Shown: positions 1 through 9,705, counted from the stretch's first letter. The stretch is DNA of 48,938 bases from an uncultured delta proteobacterium (GCA_963792965.1 CAWBYW010000017.1:1-48938); one strand, 5' to 3'. Notes: generated by a model from the letters alone, not told the origin. Translations and numbers: made by a program.

Positions 1-564
1 CTCGCGGCGGGGAATCACCCGGCCCTCGTTCTCGACGAAGTACCGCAAGAGCGTCATTTCGAGCTGCGTCAGCCGGGCCGGCTCGCCGCCGACCGTGACC
101 TCGAACGTCTCGAAGTTGATCTTGGCCTGGGCGAACTCGAAGACGCTCGGGCCGCCCGACTGACGCCGCTGCTGCCGCTGCCGGCGGTTGTGGAACGTCA
201 AGAGGTTCTTCACCCGGCTGAGGAACTCGTCCAGGTCGAACGGCTTGGTGAGGTATTGGTTCGCGCCGGCGTCGAAGCCGCGGGTGCGGTCCTCGGTGAG
301 CGTGCGGGCGGTCAGGATCAGCACCGGCGTGTCCACGTCGAAGGCCCGCAGCGCCTCGCAGACCGCGTAGCCGCTCATGCCGGGCAGCATCAGGTCCAGG
401 ATCACCAGGTCCACGGCGTCGGCCTTGTCCTGGAGGATCCGCAGCGCCGCGGGGCCGTCGCCGACCGTGGTCACGCGATAGCCCTCGGCCACCAGGTTGT
501 ACTTGATGCCGGTGGCCAGGTGCTCTTCGTCTTCGACGACCAGGATGTGCTCGTTGTTGGGCAT
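1..564 (-). CDS. OmpR/PhoB-family response regulator (runs off the window at its 3' end)
   Basis: My translation from ATG at 564: MPNNEHILVVEDEEHLA...DLVILDLMLPGMSG...LILTAR...GANQYLTKPFDLDEFL, then the start of a winged helix (LTQLEMTLLRYF). Not in the ORF track because there is no stop in the window. Confidence 0.92.
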   Translation of the reverse strand, partial: MPNNEHILVVEDEEHLATGIKYNLVAEGYRVTTVGDGPAALRILQDKADAVDLVILDLMLPGMSGYAVCEALRAFDVDTPVLILTARTLTEDRTRGFDAGANQYLTKPFDLDEFLSRVKNLLTFHNRRQRQQRRQSGGPSVFEFAQAKINFETFEVTVGGEPARLTQLEMTLLRYFVENEGRVIPRRE

Positions 565-565
565 G

Positions 566-673
566 ATTGCAAATTGTAAATTGGCAAATTGCAAATTGTA
601 AATTGCAAATTGAGAGGCAGGACACAGTCCGTCAACTTTGCAATTTTCAATTTGCAATTTTCAATTCTGCAAT
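566..673. repeat. AT-rich heptamer tandem arrays (AAATTGY) in inverted orientation
   Basis: 566-612 attgcaaattgtaaattggcaaattgcaaattgtaaattgcaaattg; 637-673 tttgcaattttcaatttgcaattttcaattctgcaat carries reverse-complement units; spacer about 24 nt. Confidence 0.88.
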
Positions 674-1636
674 GTCCTTTCCCGGCAGTTGGACCTCGAA
701 GACCGTGCCCGGCCCCTGCTCGGGGTCGTGGACGCGGATTTGGCCGCGGTGGCGGCGGACCAGCGTCCGGGCGATGTACAGGCCCAGGCCGGTGCCGGGC
801 TTCTTGCGCTCCAGTTCCAGTCCCAGGCGGACGAAGCGGCCGAAGATTTTCCGCCGCAGGTGCGGGGGGATGCCCGGCCCGTTGTCGGCGATCCGCACGG
901 CCAGCCAGTTTGTAGTTCCGGCTTTAGCCGGTCCCATCCGCCTGAAGGCGGAACTACGAACGCCCGCCGCCGGCCGCAGGCTGACCTCGACCCGCGGCGG
1001 CGTGGCGGCGTATTTCACCGCGTTGTCGATCAGGTTGCGGAAGATGATGTCCAGGTCGATCCGCCGGCCGACCACCACGCCCGGCTGGAGGTCGAGCCGG
1101 ACGGTTTCCGCCGGGACGCGGTAGTTCATGCACACGGCCGCGGCGCAGTCCCGCAGCAGGCCGGCCAGCTCGACGTCCTCGTCCTCCTCCGGCGAGCGCT
1201 CGGCCTCCAGCCGGCCGGCGTCGAGCATCTGGTTGATCAGGTGGTCGAGCCGTTCCAGGTCTTCGAGCATGAAGCGGTGGAAATCGGTCTGCAACTGCTG
1301 GCTCACCTGGTGGCGGCTCAAGGTTTGCAGGTAGAGTTTCATCGAGGCCATCGGCGATTTCAGCTCGTGGGTCACGCTGTCGATGAAGTTCGACTGCCGC
1401 CGGGTGAGGTTGATGGCCTTGATCGAGAGGATCAGGTAGAGCACCACGCCGACGACCAACAGGAGGATGAAGGTCGAGCCGATGGGGAGCAGGGCCCAAT
1501 AGACGCCGGAGAAGTCGGCGTGCTGCAAGGCCCCGAACACCGACAGCAGCACCCAGCCGACCGTCAACACGGCCAGCAGGACGAACATGGCGATCGCCAG
1601 GAGGATGGGCGTGCTCAGGGAACGGCGGAAGGACAT
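647..1636 (-). CDS. Membrane sensor histidine kinase
   Basis: Two TM helices; H-box VTHELKSPM; N-box NLIDNAVKY; G1 DNGPGI; G2 GTGLGL; adjacent to the response regulator. Confidence 0.95.
   Translation of the reverse strand: MSFRRSLSTPILLAIAMFVLLAVLTVGWVLLSVFGALQHADFSGVYWALLPIGSTFILLLVVGVVLYLILSIKAINLTRRQSNFIDSVTHELKSPMASMKLYLQTLSRHQVSQQLQTDFHRFMLEDLERLDHLINQMLDAGRLEAERSPEEDEDVELAGLLRDCAAAVCMNYRVPAETVRLDLQPGVVVGRRIDLDIIFRNLIDNAVKYAATPPRVEVSLRPAAGVRSSAFRRMGPAKAGTTNWLAVRIADNGPGIPPHLRRKIFGRFVRLGLELERKKPGTGLGLYIARTLVRRHRGQIRVHDPEQGPGTVFEVQLPGKDIAELKIAN
908..961. repeat. GTAG-type REP-like inverted doublet inside the kinase CDS
   Basis: gtagttccggctttagccgg (912-931) and ccgcctgaaggcggaactac (938-957) are near reverse complements; each has an internal hairpin after a GTAG head. 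Confidence 0.8.
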
Positions 1637-1666
1637 AATGGCGGTAAACGGCAGTCGGTGGAACGC

Positions 1667-2400
1667 CTACTCGGCTTTCTTCTCCGGCTTTTTCGCGGGC
1701 TGGTCGCGGTAGGGCTTGCCCGATTTGTAGAGATCGAGGAGGAAGGCCCACTTCTTCTTGTCTTCGGGGCGAGCGGAGTTCCTGGGCCTTCTGCTCCCAT
1801 TTGACGGCTTCTGCAAAGTTGCCCGATTCGGCATAGGCGGCGGCCAGCGTATCGAGGCAAACGAGCGACCTTCCAGTTCGTCAACTCACACGCCTTGGTG
1901 GCCAACTCAACGGCCTGCTTGCCGTCGCGATATTTCTCGTCAATGCACGTCGCCCGCAGCCATGCCAAAGCATCGAGGAGGTGCGCGTCTTTGGGATCCA
2001 GCCGTTGGGCCTCGGTGAAATCGGCAACGGCTTTTTCGTAGTCGCCCTTGGCGGCCCAAGTGTGCCCGCGGCCGCAGTAGGCTTGTGCCGTTCTTCGGAT
2101 CGAGTCGTAGGGCCTCGGTAAAGTCAGCAATGGCCTTGTCCGGTTCACCCTTCCTTCCGTAGGTAGCCGCCGGGCTGCAGTAGATCGCAATCTTGTCCGT
2201 GATCGTGGTCGCGTTGTCCAGTAGCTTGGCGGCCAACTTGAAGGCTTTCTCATATTGGCCCTCATCCGCCAGAGAGTGCATGATGATCAAGTCATACGAC
2301 AGTTCGTAGTGCTGCCAATAAGGCCCGTTCTCGTCTATAGAGCGGGAAGGAGCATTTTCGCCCGGATGGGATCGCGAGGGGATATACCACGTTTCCGGAC
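1667..2400 (-). CDS. TPR-repeat protein, C-terminal part (frameshifted; 5' end lost at an apparent junction)
   Basis: GEPDKAIADFTEALRLDPK, GDYEKAVADFTEAQRLDPK, LAWLRATC..YRDGKQAVELATKACELT and C-terminus LDLYKSGKPYRD...KKAE* (TAG at 1667-1669), spread over three or more frames. Confidence 0.8.
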
Positions 2401-3218
2401 GGGCGTAGATGTCGCGTTCCGCGGGGCCGGCCTGTGCTCGGCGCGACAAGGCGGCGGCCATTTCGGCGTCGCTCACGGAGCGGAAGTCGATGTCGGTCGA
2501 AATGCCCGTGGCCGTCGAAATGATCAGGTCGTACGGAAGATGGTCACGTAGTGCGCCACGGCGGCGTGAACGTCGTCGAGCGTGCGGATCGTCCGCTCGG
2601 TCGCCGGGCGTTGTCCGCCGCCGATCGGCGTGGCGGACTCGGGCGTTCGGCCCCACGCCCGTTCGAGTTCGTACAAGGCGGTGTCGAACTCGCCCCATTG
2701 GGTGCGCGTGAAGAAGCACCATTCAGTCGAGTATTGCAGCCGCGCGTCGTCTTCGCCCCTGCCGCGCCGAGCGCTTTCGGTGCAAGTCCGCTGGATGTTC
2801 AGCCGATCCAGGATCGAATACCATCGGCCGCGGTCGTCGGCCCGCTCGCGAATCGATCGCGTCGAGCCGCCGCCAGTTGTCGGCGGTGATCGGTTCGCGC
2901 CAATCGTAGAGGTCTTCGAGAATCAGCCGCAGCCCCCACGAGCAACTCGTGTTGCGGACCAGCGGAAGATACGGAATGGCCTCCGTGATGCGCTGATGGG
3001 CCTCTTCCTGCGTCGGCCAGCCGGGATACTGCGTCAACCGCGCCCCACTGCGGCAACCGGCCGCGTAGAGGTCGCTGACGACCATGTGGTAGAGAAGAAT
3101 GTCGTGCAGCCCGCGGGCGCCGAGGTGTCCGCCCACCAGATGCGTATGCACGTCGAACATGGGCAGTTCGGCCAACGCCTCTTCAAGCTCGTTGGCCAGA
3201 ACCTATTGCGGAACTCAT
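2400..3218 (-). CDS. Uronate-isomerase-like amidohydrolase-fold protein, N-terminal part (frameshifted, truncated)
   Basis: LPMFDVHTHL (DxHxH metal motif) and LHDILLYHMVVSDLYAAG resemble the UxaC N-terminus; coding continues through several frames to about 2400. Confidence 0.6.
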
Positions 3219-3517
3219 CGAAGATGCACGCTCTCCTGTTCATGCGCTTTCCGTTTTCAATGTGTGCGGATAAGGAACCTTGTAAGGCCGCAAGTGGCTC
3301 GGACGCCACCCGGCAGGCTGGCATTCTGGCAGGAGGTGGGCACATTGGCCGATTCAAAATGCAGCGTATTATACCCCGATCAACCGGAGGGCGAGGGGAC
3401 GCAGATTGTCGGCGGCGCGTTTTCCGCTTTGCAGGGCCTATTCCGACGTTTTCCGCCTCCTGTCTTGTGTTGCTGCTCCCGTGCAAACGGTTCCCCTGTT
3501 CTGTGCCATGCCCCGAT

Positions 3518-4517
3518 CTACGCTGGTTTCTCAAACGCCGCGTCAAAGCGACCCGGCTCGGCTCGAAATCGAGCTTCTTGACGTACTCGCACGCTTCGCG
3601 GGCACCGCGCTCGCGATCCATGCCGCTGTCTTCCCATTCGACCGACAACGGGCCGGTGTAGCCGGCATCGTTCAGGCGCGGATGATCGACTCGAAATTCA
3701 CGCCTCCGCGCCCCAGCGAGCGGAAATCCCAGCCGCGCCGCGCATCGCCGAAATTCAAGTGGCTCGAAAGGATCCCGCTCCATCCGTCCAACGTCACGAT
3801 CGCGTCCTTCATGTGAACGTGATAAATCCGGTCGGGGAACTTGCGGATGAACTTCGCCGGGTCGACCCCCTGCCAGATCAGGTGGCTCGGATCGAAGTTG
3901 AAGCCGAACTCCGGGCGTCGGTCGAGCGCTTCCACCGCCCGCTCGGCCGTGTAGAGGTCGAAGGCGATTTCCGTCGGGTGGACTTCCAGGGCGAACTTCA
4001 CTTTGCACTCGGCGAACACGTCCAGAATCGGATGAAATCGCTCGGCCAACAGCTTGAAGCCGTCGTCGATCATCGCCGGCGGGACCGGCGGGAAGGAGTA
4101 CAGCAGGTGCCAAATGCTCGATCCCGTGAAGCCGTTGACGACCCCCAGGCCCAATTGCTGCGCCGCCCGGGCACAGTTCTTCATATCCTCCGCGGCCCGG
4201 GCATGGACGCCGTCCGGGTCGCCGTCGCCCCAAACGTACGCCGGCAAAATCGCCTTGTGCCGCGAATCGAGCGTGATCCAGAATCGCCTGGCCCACCAGA
4301 TGGTTGCTCAGCGAAAACATCTTCAGGCCGTACTTGGCCAGCGTTTGCCGTTGCTGTTGCCGTAGTTCGGGTCGGCCATTGCCTTGGAGACGTCAAAATG
4401 ATTGCCGCCGCAACAAAGTTCGAGGCCGTCGAAGCCGAAATCCTTGGCCTTGGCGCACAGCGTTTCCAGCGGCAAATCGGCCCATTGGCCCGCACACAAA
4501 GTAATCGGTCTCGCCAT
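3518..4517 (-). CDS. Sugar phosphate isomerase/epimerase (xylose-isomerase-like TIM barrel, IolE/AP-endonuclease-2 family), frameshifted
   Basis: [16 protein letters not shown]; [13 protein letters not shown]; FNFDPSH; HVHMKD; WDFRSLGRG; LSVEWED, across ORFs 4323-4517, 3672-4247 and 3034-4320. Confidence 0.88.
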
Positions 4518-4562
4518 CTCATGATCCTTTGGAATGGACGGTCTCGACAGAGACTTGTTGCT

Positions 4563-5329
4563 CTACTTATTTATGGCATCCTGTGCCGCTCCGTCGAGCT
4601 TCTTGATGTAGATGTTTCGGAACCAAACGGGCGCACCGTGGTCTTGGAGGAAGATATAGCCGCGTCGCGGGGCAATCCTTGAACGGCTTGGAGAACTTGT
4701 TGGGCGTCCCGTCGGGATTCTTGTGGGCTTCGGTCCAGCGATCCAGGTCCGCATCGATGACCTTCTGGCCGTTGATCACGAACTTGATCTTGCTCCCCTT
4801 CGCGGCGATGGTCGCGTGGTTCCATTGGCCGGCCTTGCGCATTGCATTGGCGGCCGGCGGCATCATGTCGTACAGCGCCCCGCCGTCGTGCATGTCGGGC
4901 TTGGCCACTCCATAGCGTATCGAGGATCTGCATCTCCATGACGCCCTCTTCCCACCAGCCCGCGTCCTTGTTGGTCGGCTTTGCGAGGCGAAATAGAACT
5001 CCGCTGTTGCAGCCTGGCGCAATTTTGTACTCCAGATCGAGGATGAAATCGCCGTACTGGTCAACGGTCCAGAGGTCGGCGCCGCCCTTGCGGGCCAGCG
5101 TGCCATTCTCGACGACCCAAGTGCCGGCGGCCTCGGGCTCCTTTTCGAGCGTCCAACGCCCCATCGGTCGGATCGGCCGCCAACCCGTCAGATCCTTGCC
5201 GTTGAAAAGCGACTTCCAGCCCTGATGGACGTCGATCTTCGGGTGATCGTCAGCCAACGAGACGCTCGCGCAGCCGAGCCCCGCGATGGTCAGAATTAGA
5301 ATGAGGCGCGGTTTCAATAATCGGTTCAT
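4563..5329 (-). CDS. DUF1080 (3-keto-disaccharide hydrolase family) secreted protein, frameshifted
   Basis: Signal peptide; GWKSLFNGKDLTGW; YGDFILDLEYK..NSGV; EMQILD; GALYD; GQWNH; GYIFLQDHG..VWFRNIYIKKL. Confidence 0.9.
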
Positions 5330-6273
5330 CGTGCCTCTCTGTTTTGTTTTGTGGAAATGCCTGTGCCATTTGTTCTTCGACAACCGCACGCGTGGGAATT
5401 CCCGCCTGACCGCCGCAATGCGCGGCCTTGACGCCGGCAGCGACCGTGGCGAACCGCACGGCCTCCGGCACGGTTCGCCCATGCAGCAAGGCCGCGGCAT
5501 AGGCGCCGTGAAAAACGTCGCCGCAGCCGGTGGTGTCGACGGCGTTGACGGGCAACGCCGGTTGGTGATGTGCAATCCCCGGCTGCCGGTCGCTCGCATA
5601 CCAGCAGCCCTCGTTGCCGCAGGTGACGACCACCGCACGCCGGCCTGACGCCCAGAGCGACTGGACGGCCAGGGCCGAATCCTGCTGGCTGGTCACCTTC
5701 AAGGCGAAAGCTGCGCGAGAGGATCAGATGGTCGGCCACCGCGAGCAACAGCGGAAACAGCGGATCCTCCGAATGCTCGAAATCGGCGACCACGGGGATT
5801 TGCGCCTCGCGTGCGATCCTGGCGGCGCGAATCATTCCCTCGACGCCGCACGTGTCGATCAGCAAAACTCCCGCGGCGCGGATCACGTCTTCTTGCGGCC
5901 AATCCGAATCCGCGCCGACCACGCCGTTTGTGTCGAAAAGAACCGTCCGTGTATGGCGGACTTGATCGACAAGGATGGTGGAACGGACCGGGCGAGCATC
6001 GAGGCGGCGGCGAAGATTCGTCACGTCGATTCCCTCGTCGCCGAACCGCTTGACGACGAATCGCGAATGTTCGTCATCGCCCAAAGTTCCCGCATAAGCG
6101 CAGCGGCATCCCATTCGTGCGGCCGCCACCAGCGCGGTGGCGGCGAGGCCCCCGCAGTGCCGCTCGCGGCGACGAACCGGCAACTTGGCGTCCGCCTTTG
6201 GATACGTGTCGAAGTACAATAGGTCGTCAACGGCCGTATAACCCAAGCCTAGAATATCGATGGTCTTCTTCAT
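5250..6273 (-). CDS. PfkB/ribokinase-family carbohydrate kinase, frameshifted near 5700
   Basis: GGLAATALVAAARMG..YAGTLGDD (PfkB signature 1) and VDTTGCGDVFHGA (signature 2). Exact 3' end uncertain. Confidence 0.9.
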
Positions 6274-6542
6274 GCTTCTCCCGATACGGCGCAAAAGCGT
6301 CTCCTTTTAGCATCCCAGCATCGAGACCGGCTTGTCCATTCGACACTGCGCAGTTGACTTTGGATTCTGCGCAAATCGGATCGAGTCCGCTCCGACAATC
6401 TCGCAAGCATAACCTGTTGATACGAAATATCCTACCCCGTTTAACGCCCGATTATAATGGGCGCAAATTCCCAACTCCCGGGAGCGGACGTATATGGACG
6501 ACGCGGTGCGCCAGGGTTAGAATGGGCGGCAATCTAACAGAA

Positions 6543-6615
6543 GGGGACGGAGGAGGTTGTCGGAAAAGCGTTCAATGAAATAGAAGACGTTTTCCCGACA
6601 ACCTCCTCCGTCCCC
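6543..6615. repeat. About 30-bp near-perfect inverted repeat upstream of the RLP gene
   Basis: ggggacggaggaggttgtcggaaaagcgtt (6543-6572) pairs with gacgttttcccgacaacctcctccgtcccc (6586-6615). Confidence 0.88.
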
Positions 6616-6683
6616 CTCGCCCCGCTGCCGCCTCCACGCCTCCCAATGATCGTTTACCCGTTGTTCGGAAATGCAATCTGCCA

Positions 6684-8102
6684 ATGAAACCCGTTGACGA
6701 TAACACCTTGGACCTCCTGTGGTTTGACGCCGATGCTCGGGATGTGCGGCTGCGGCAATTGGTCGCGGAGCGGATGGCCGAGAGCCCGGCGCCGGTGGTC
6801 GACGACCACATTGTCGCGACGTACTTCCTGGCCTTGCGCACGGAGCAGCTTCAACAGGCCGCCAAGGAAATCGCCTACCACGCCACCAGCGGAATCAAGA
6901 ATCCGCCGCCGGGCTCGCTGCTGGCCCAGTGTACGGCGCATGCGGCCGGCGTTGACGCGTGGGATGCAACCGGGCGGATCGGCCTGCTGCACGTGGCCTT
7001 TCCGCTGAAGATGCTCCTGCAGCCCGATGGGCATCTGACCAGTTGCGACATTCTGCACACCGTGGCCGGAGCGATCATCTTCGACGTGTACGAGAACCAG
7101 GACGCCCGGCTGGTGTCGCTGCAAATTCCCGACCACGTGCTGCGGACGTTTCCGGGCCCCGCCTACGGACCCTTGGGCCTGCGACAGCGCGCCAACTTTA
7201 CGCCCGACGAGCCGGCCTTCGGCACGATCTTGAAGCCGACCGCCGGCATTACGGCCGACGAGGTCGCCGCGCTGGTGGCCGAAGCCGCCGAATGTCCGCT
7301 GCTGCTGTTCGTCAAGGAGGACGAAGACCTCTATCCCAACTTGGACTATTCGCCCGTCCGCGATCGCGTGCGCGGGGCGGTGGCGGCGATCGAACGGGCG
7401 AAAGACCGGCGGCACGGCAAGGGACTGATCTTCGCCCCGCACATCACCGGCACGCCGCACGAAATGCGGGAGACGCTCCACGCCGTGATCGAGGCCGGGG
7501 CGACCGGCGTCATGTTCAGCGAGACATTCGCCGGCGGCACGGTGCGGATGGTCCGCGAGGCCACGAAGCATCTGCCGAATCCGCCGGCGATTTACGGCCA
7601 CAACGCCGGCATCGGCGTGAAGACCCGCGGCGGCATCTGGCGCGAAGTGATCGACCTGTTGGCCCGGCTCGACGGCATCGATATTCGCCAGACGTCGCCC
7701 GTTCGGCCCGGCCCGCCGTTCCTTCGCCCCTACGGCGACGAATGGGTGGCGTCCGAAGAGATTCTGTCGCGCGATCTGCCGGGCATCAAGCCGACGATGA
7801 TCGCGCGGGCCGGCGGTTTGGACCAGGGGAACATCATTCTCAATCTGGCCGACGCCCAGCGCCGCGGGTTGGCCGCCAACGTGCTCTTTCTGGCCGGCTC
7901 CGCGATCAACTCCATCAAGAATGCCGCGGGCCGGCCCGATCCGAAACTCGGCGCCGAGGCCATGATGCAGGCGTTGGAGGTGCATCGCTCGGGCGAATTG
8001 GCCGACACGTCGATGGACGACCATCTGCCCGCGCTGGTGGCCCTTGCAAGGGAAAGAAACTTGACTGCCTTGACCGAAGCCTTGCGACAACGATACCCTT
8101 GA
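6684..8102 (+). CDS. RuBisCO-like protein (form IV, RLP), divergent
   Basis: FPGPAYGPLGLR, GTILKP, FVKEDE (KxDE metal/carbamate motif), IYGHNAG, LARLDGID, AGG, LFLAGSAI; intact 472-aa ORF. Confidence 0.92.
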   Translation: MKPVDDNTLDLLWFDADARDVRLRQLVAERMAESPAPVVDDHIVATYFLALRTEQLQQAAKEIAYHATSGIKNPPPGSLLAQCTAHAAGVDAWDATGRIGLLHVAFPLKMLLQPDGHLTSCDILHTVAGAIIFDVYENQDARLVSLQIPDHVLRTFPGPAYGPLGLRQRANFTPDEPAFGTILKPTAGITADEVAALVAEAAECPLLLFVKEDEDLYPNLDYSPVRDRVRGAVAAIERAKDRRHGKGLIFAPHITGTPHEMRETLHAVIEAGATGVMFSETFAGGTVRMVREATKHLPNPPAIYGHNAGIGVKTRGGIWREVIDLLARLDGIDIRQTSPVRPGPPFLRPYGDEWVASEEILSRDLPGIKPTMIARAGGLDQGNIILNLADAQRRGLAANVLFLAGSAINSIKNAAGRPDPKLGAEAMMQALEVHRSGELADTSMDDHLPALVALARERNLTALTEALRQRYP

Positions 8103-8124
8103 ATATTCAACAATTGACTTGCCC

Positions 8125-8198
8125 TGTTTAGCCGGCTAAACAATGTCGCCTTTCGCTCCGCGAAAGTACGCTGCTTTCGCGGAGCGAAAGGCGACATT
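8125..8198. repeat. 18-bp perfect palindrome abutting a 25-bp perfect inverted repeat (REP-like)
   Basis: tgtttagccggctaaaca (8125-8142); aatgtcgcctttcgctccgcgaaag (8142-8166) / ctttcgcggagcgaaaggcgacatt (8174-8198). Confidence 0.92.
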
Positions 8199-8212
8199 CC
8201 GAGGAGATATGA

Positions 8213-8829
8213 ATGGAGACGAAACAGGTCATTGCGGGCCTGGATGAGTATTTTGACGAGCTTGCCGCTACGCTGAAGCGGGTGGATACCGCCCAGTTGG
8301 CCCAGATCGTGGCGGTGCTGCTGAAGGCTCAGGAAGACGGCAAAAGCATATTCACCATGGGCAACGGCGGTCACGGCAACACGGCCGCCCACATGATCAA
8401 CGACATCGCCAAGCACACCATCAGTTCCGACGAGAAAGACAGCGTGGTTACGGCCAAGCGTTTTCGCACGATGTGCCTGAACGACTCCGTGTCGCTGTTG
8501 ACCGGCGTGGCCAACGACATGGGATACGACCACGTCTTCAGCGAGCAACTGAAGAACTGGTGCCAAGAGGGAGACGTGGTGATCGGCATCAGCGGCTCGG
8601 GCAACAGCCCGAACGTGCTGAATGCGTTCGAGGTGGCCAAGCAGCGGGCGCCACGACGATCTGTTTTTCCGGCAAAGGCGGCGGCAAGGCCAAGCAGCAG
8701 GCGGACATCTGCGTGGTCGTGCCCTCGGACAAGATGGTGCAGATCGAGGACGTCCACCTGGCGATCAACCATGCCGTGGCCGACGAACTGAAGAAGGCCG
8801 TTCAAGAAAGAACCACACTTACGGGATAA
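8213..8829 (+). CDS. SIS-domain phosphosugar isomerase (GmhA/DiaA-like), frameshifted near 8645
   Basis: IFTMGNGG; LTGVANDMGYDHVFSEQL; GDVVIGISGSGNSPNV; second frame GKGGGK..ADICVVVPS..QIEDVHL. Confidence 0.88.
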
Positions 8830-8832
8830 GCC

Positions 8833-9705
8833 ATGCAGATCAACGAACAAGAACACGTGGAAATCTTGCGGCAGATGTTGCGAATCCGCCGTTTCGAGGA
8901 AAACCTGTATCAGATGTATCTGAACAAGCAGGTGCCCGGGATGAGCCCCCACCTGTCCGTCGGCCAAGAGGCGGTGGCCGCGGGCGTGTGCCACGCCATG
9001 CGGAAGGAGGACTATCTGTTGACCACCCACCGCGGACACGGGCACGTGCTGGCCAAAGGCGCGAACATGAATCGCATGTTGGCCGAGATTCTGGGCAAGG
9101 AGAGCGGATACTGCCACGGCCGCGGCGGATCGATGCACATCGCCGACGTCAGTCTGAACATCGTCGGCGCCAACGGCATCGTCGGCGGCGGGCTGCCCAT
9201 CGCCGTGGGCGTCGCCCTCTCCTGCGTGTATCAGAAGAAGGACGCGGTGGTGGTCTGTTTCTTCGGCGACGCCGCCGCGAACATCGGCTCGTTCCACGAA
9301 TCGCTGAACATGTCCGGCGGTCATGAACCTGCCCGTCGTGTGGGTGTGCGAGAACAATCAGTACGGTTTGAGCACGTGCATCGAAAGGACGTTGGCGGGC
9401 GGGTCGATCGGCTCGCGGGCCGGCGCCTACGGCATGGCGGGGTGCGAGATCGACGGCAACAACGTTCTCGACGTGCTCGACGCGGCCACGCCAGGCGATC
9501 GACCGCGCCCGCGCGGGCCGCGGCCCGACGCTGATCGAGGCGGTGACCTACCGCCGCTACGGCCACGGCGCCTCGGACAACCGGTCGTATCGCGACCCGG
9601 GAAGAAGAGGCCGAATGGGAGGCGAAATGCCCGATCAAGCATTACACCGCGCTGCTGGTGGAGCGGGGCATTTTGACCGAGGCGCGGATCAACGAGCTGG
9701 CCGCC
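8833..9705 (+). CDS. TPP-dependent dehydrogenase E1 alpha subunit (AcoA/PdhA-like), frameshifted and truncated
   Basis: [38 protein letters not shown]...ENNQYG (TPP motif), TYRRYGH; ends abruptly in unrelated sequence. Confidence 0.9.

Noticed and set aside
566-673. CRISPR array
   Set aside because: 7-bp tandem units with no unique spacers; no cas genes.
567-1804. Plus-strand ORFs starting MQIVN/MQFSI and other long antisense ORFs
   Set aside because: Shadows of the heptamer repeat and of real genes in high-GC DNA; no recognisable motifs.
6684-8102. CO2-fixing RuBisCO
   Set aside because: Apparent loss of E60, N123, K177, R295, H327 and K334; no small subunit or phosphoribulokinase.
8213-8829. 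ADP-heptose/LPS gmhA
   Set aside because: No hldE/gmhB context and a GNGGH variant motif; left as a generic SIS isomerase.
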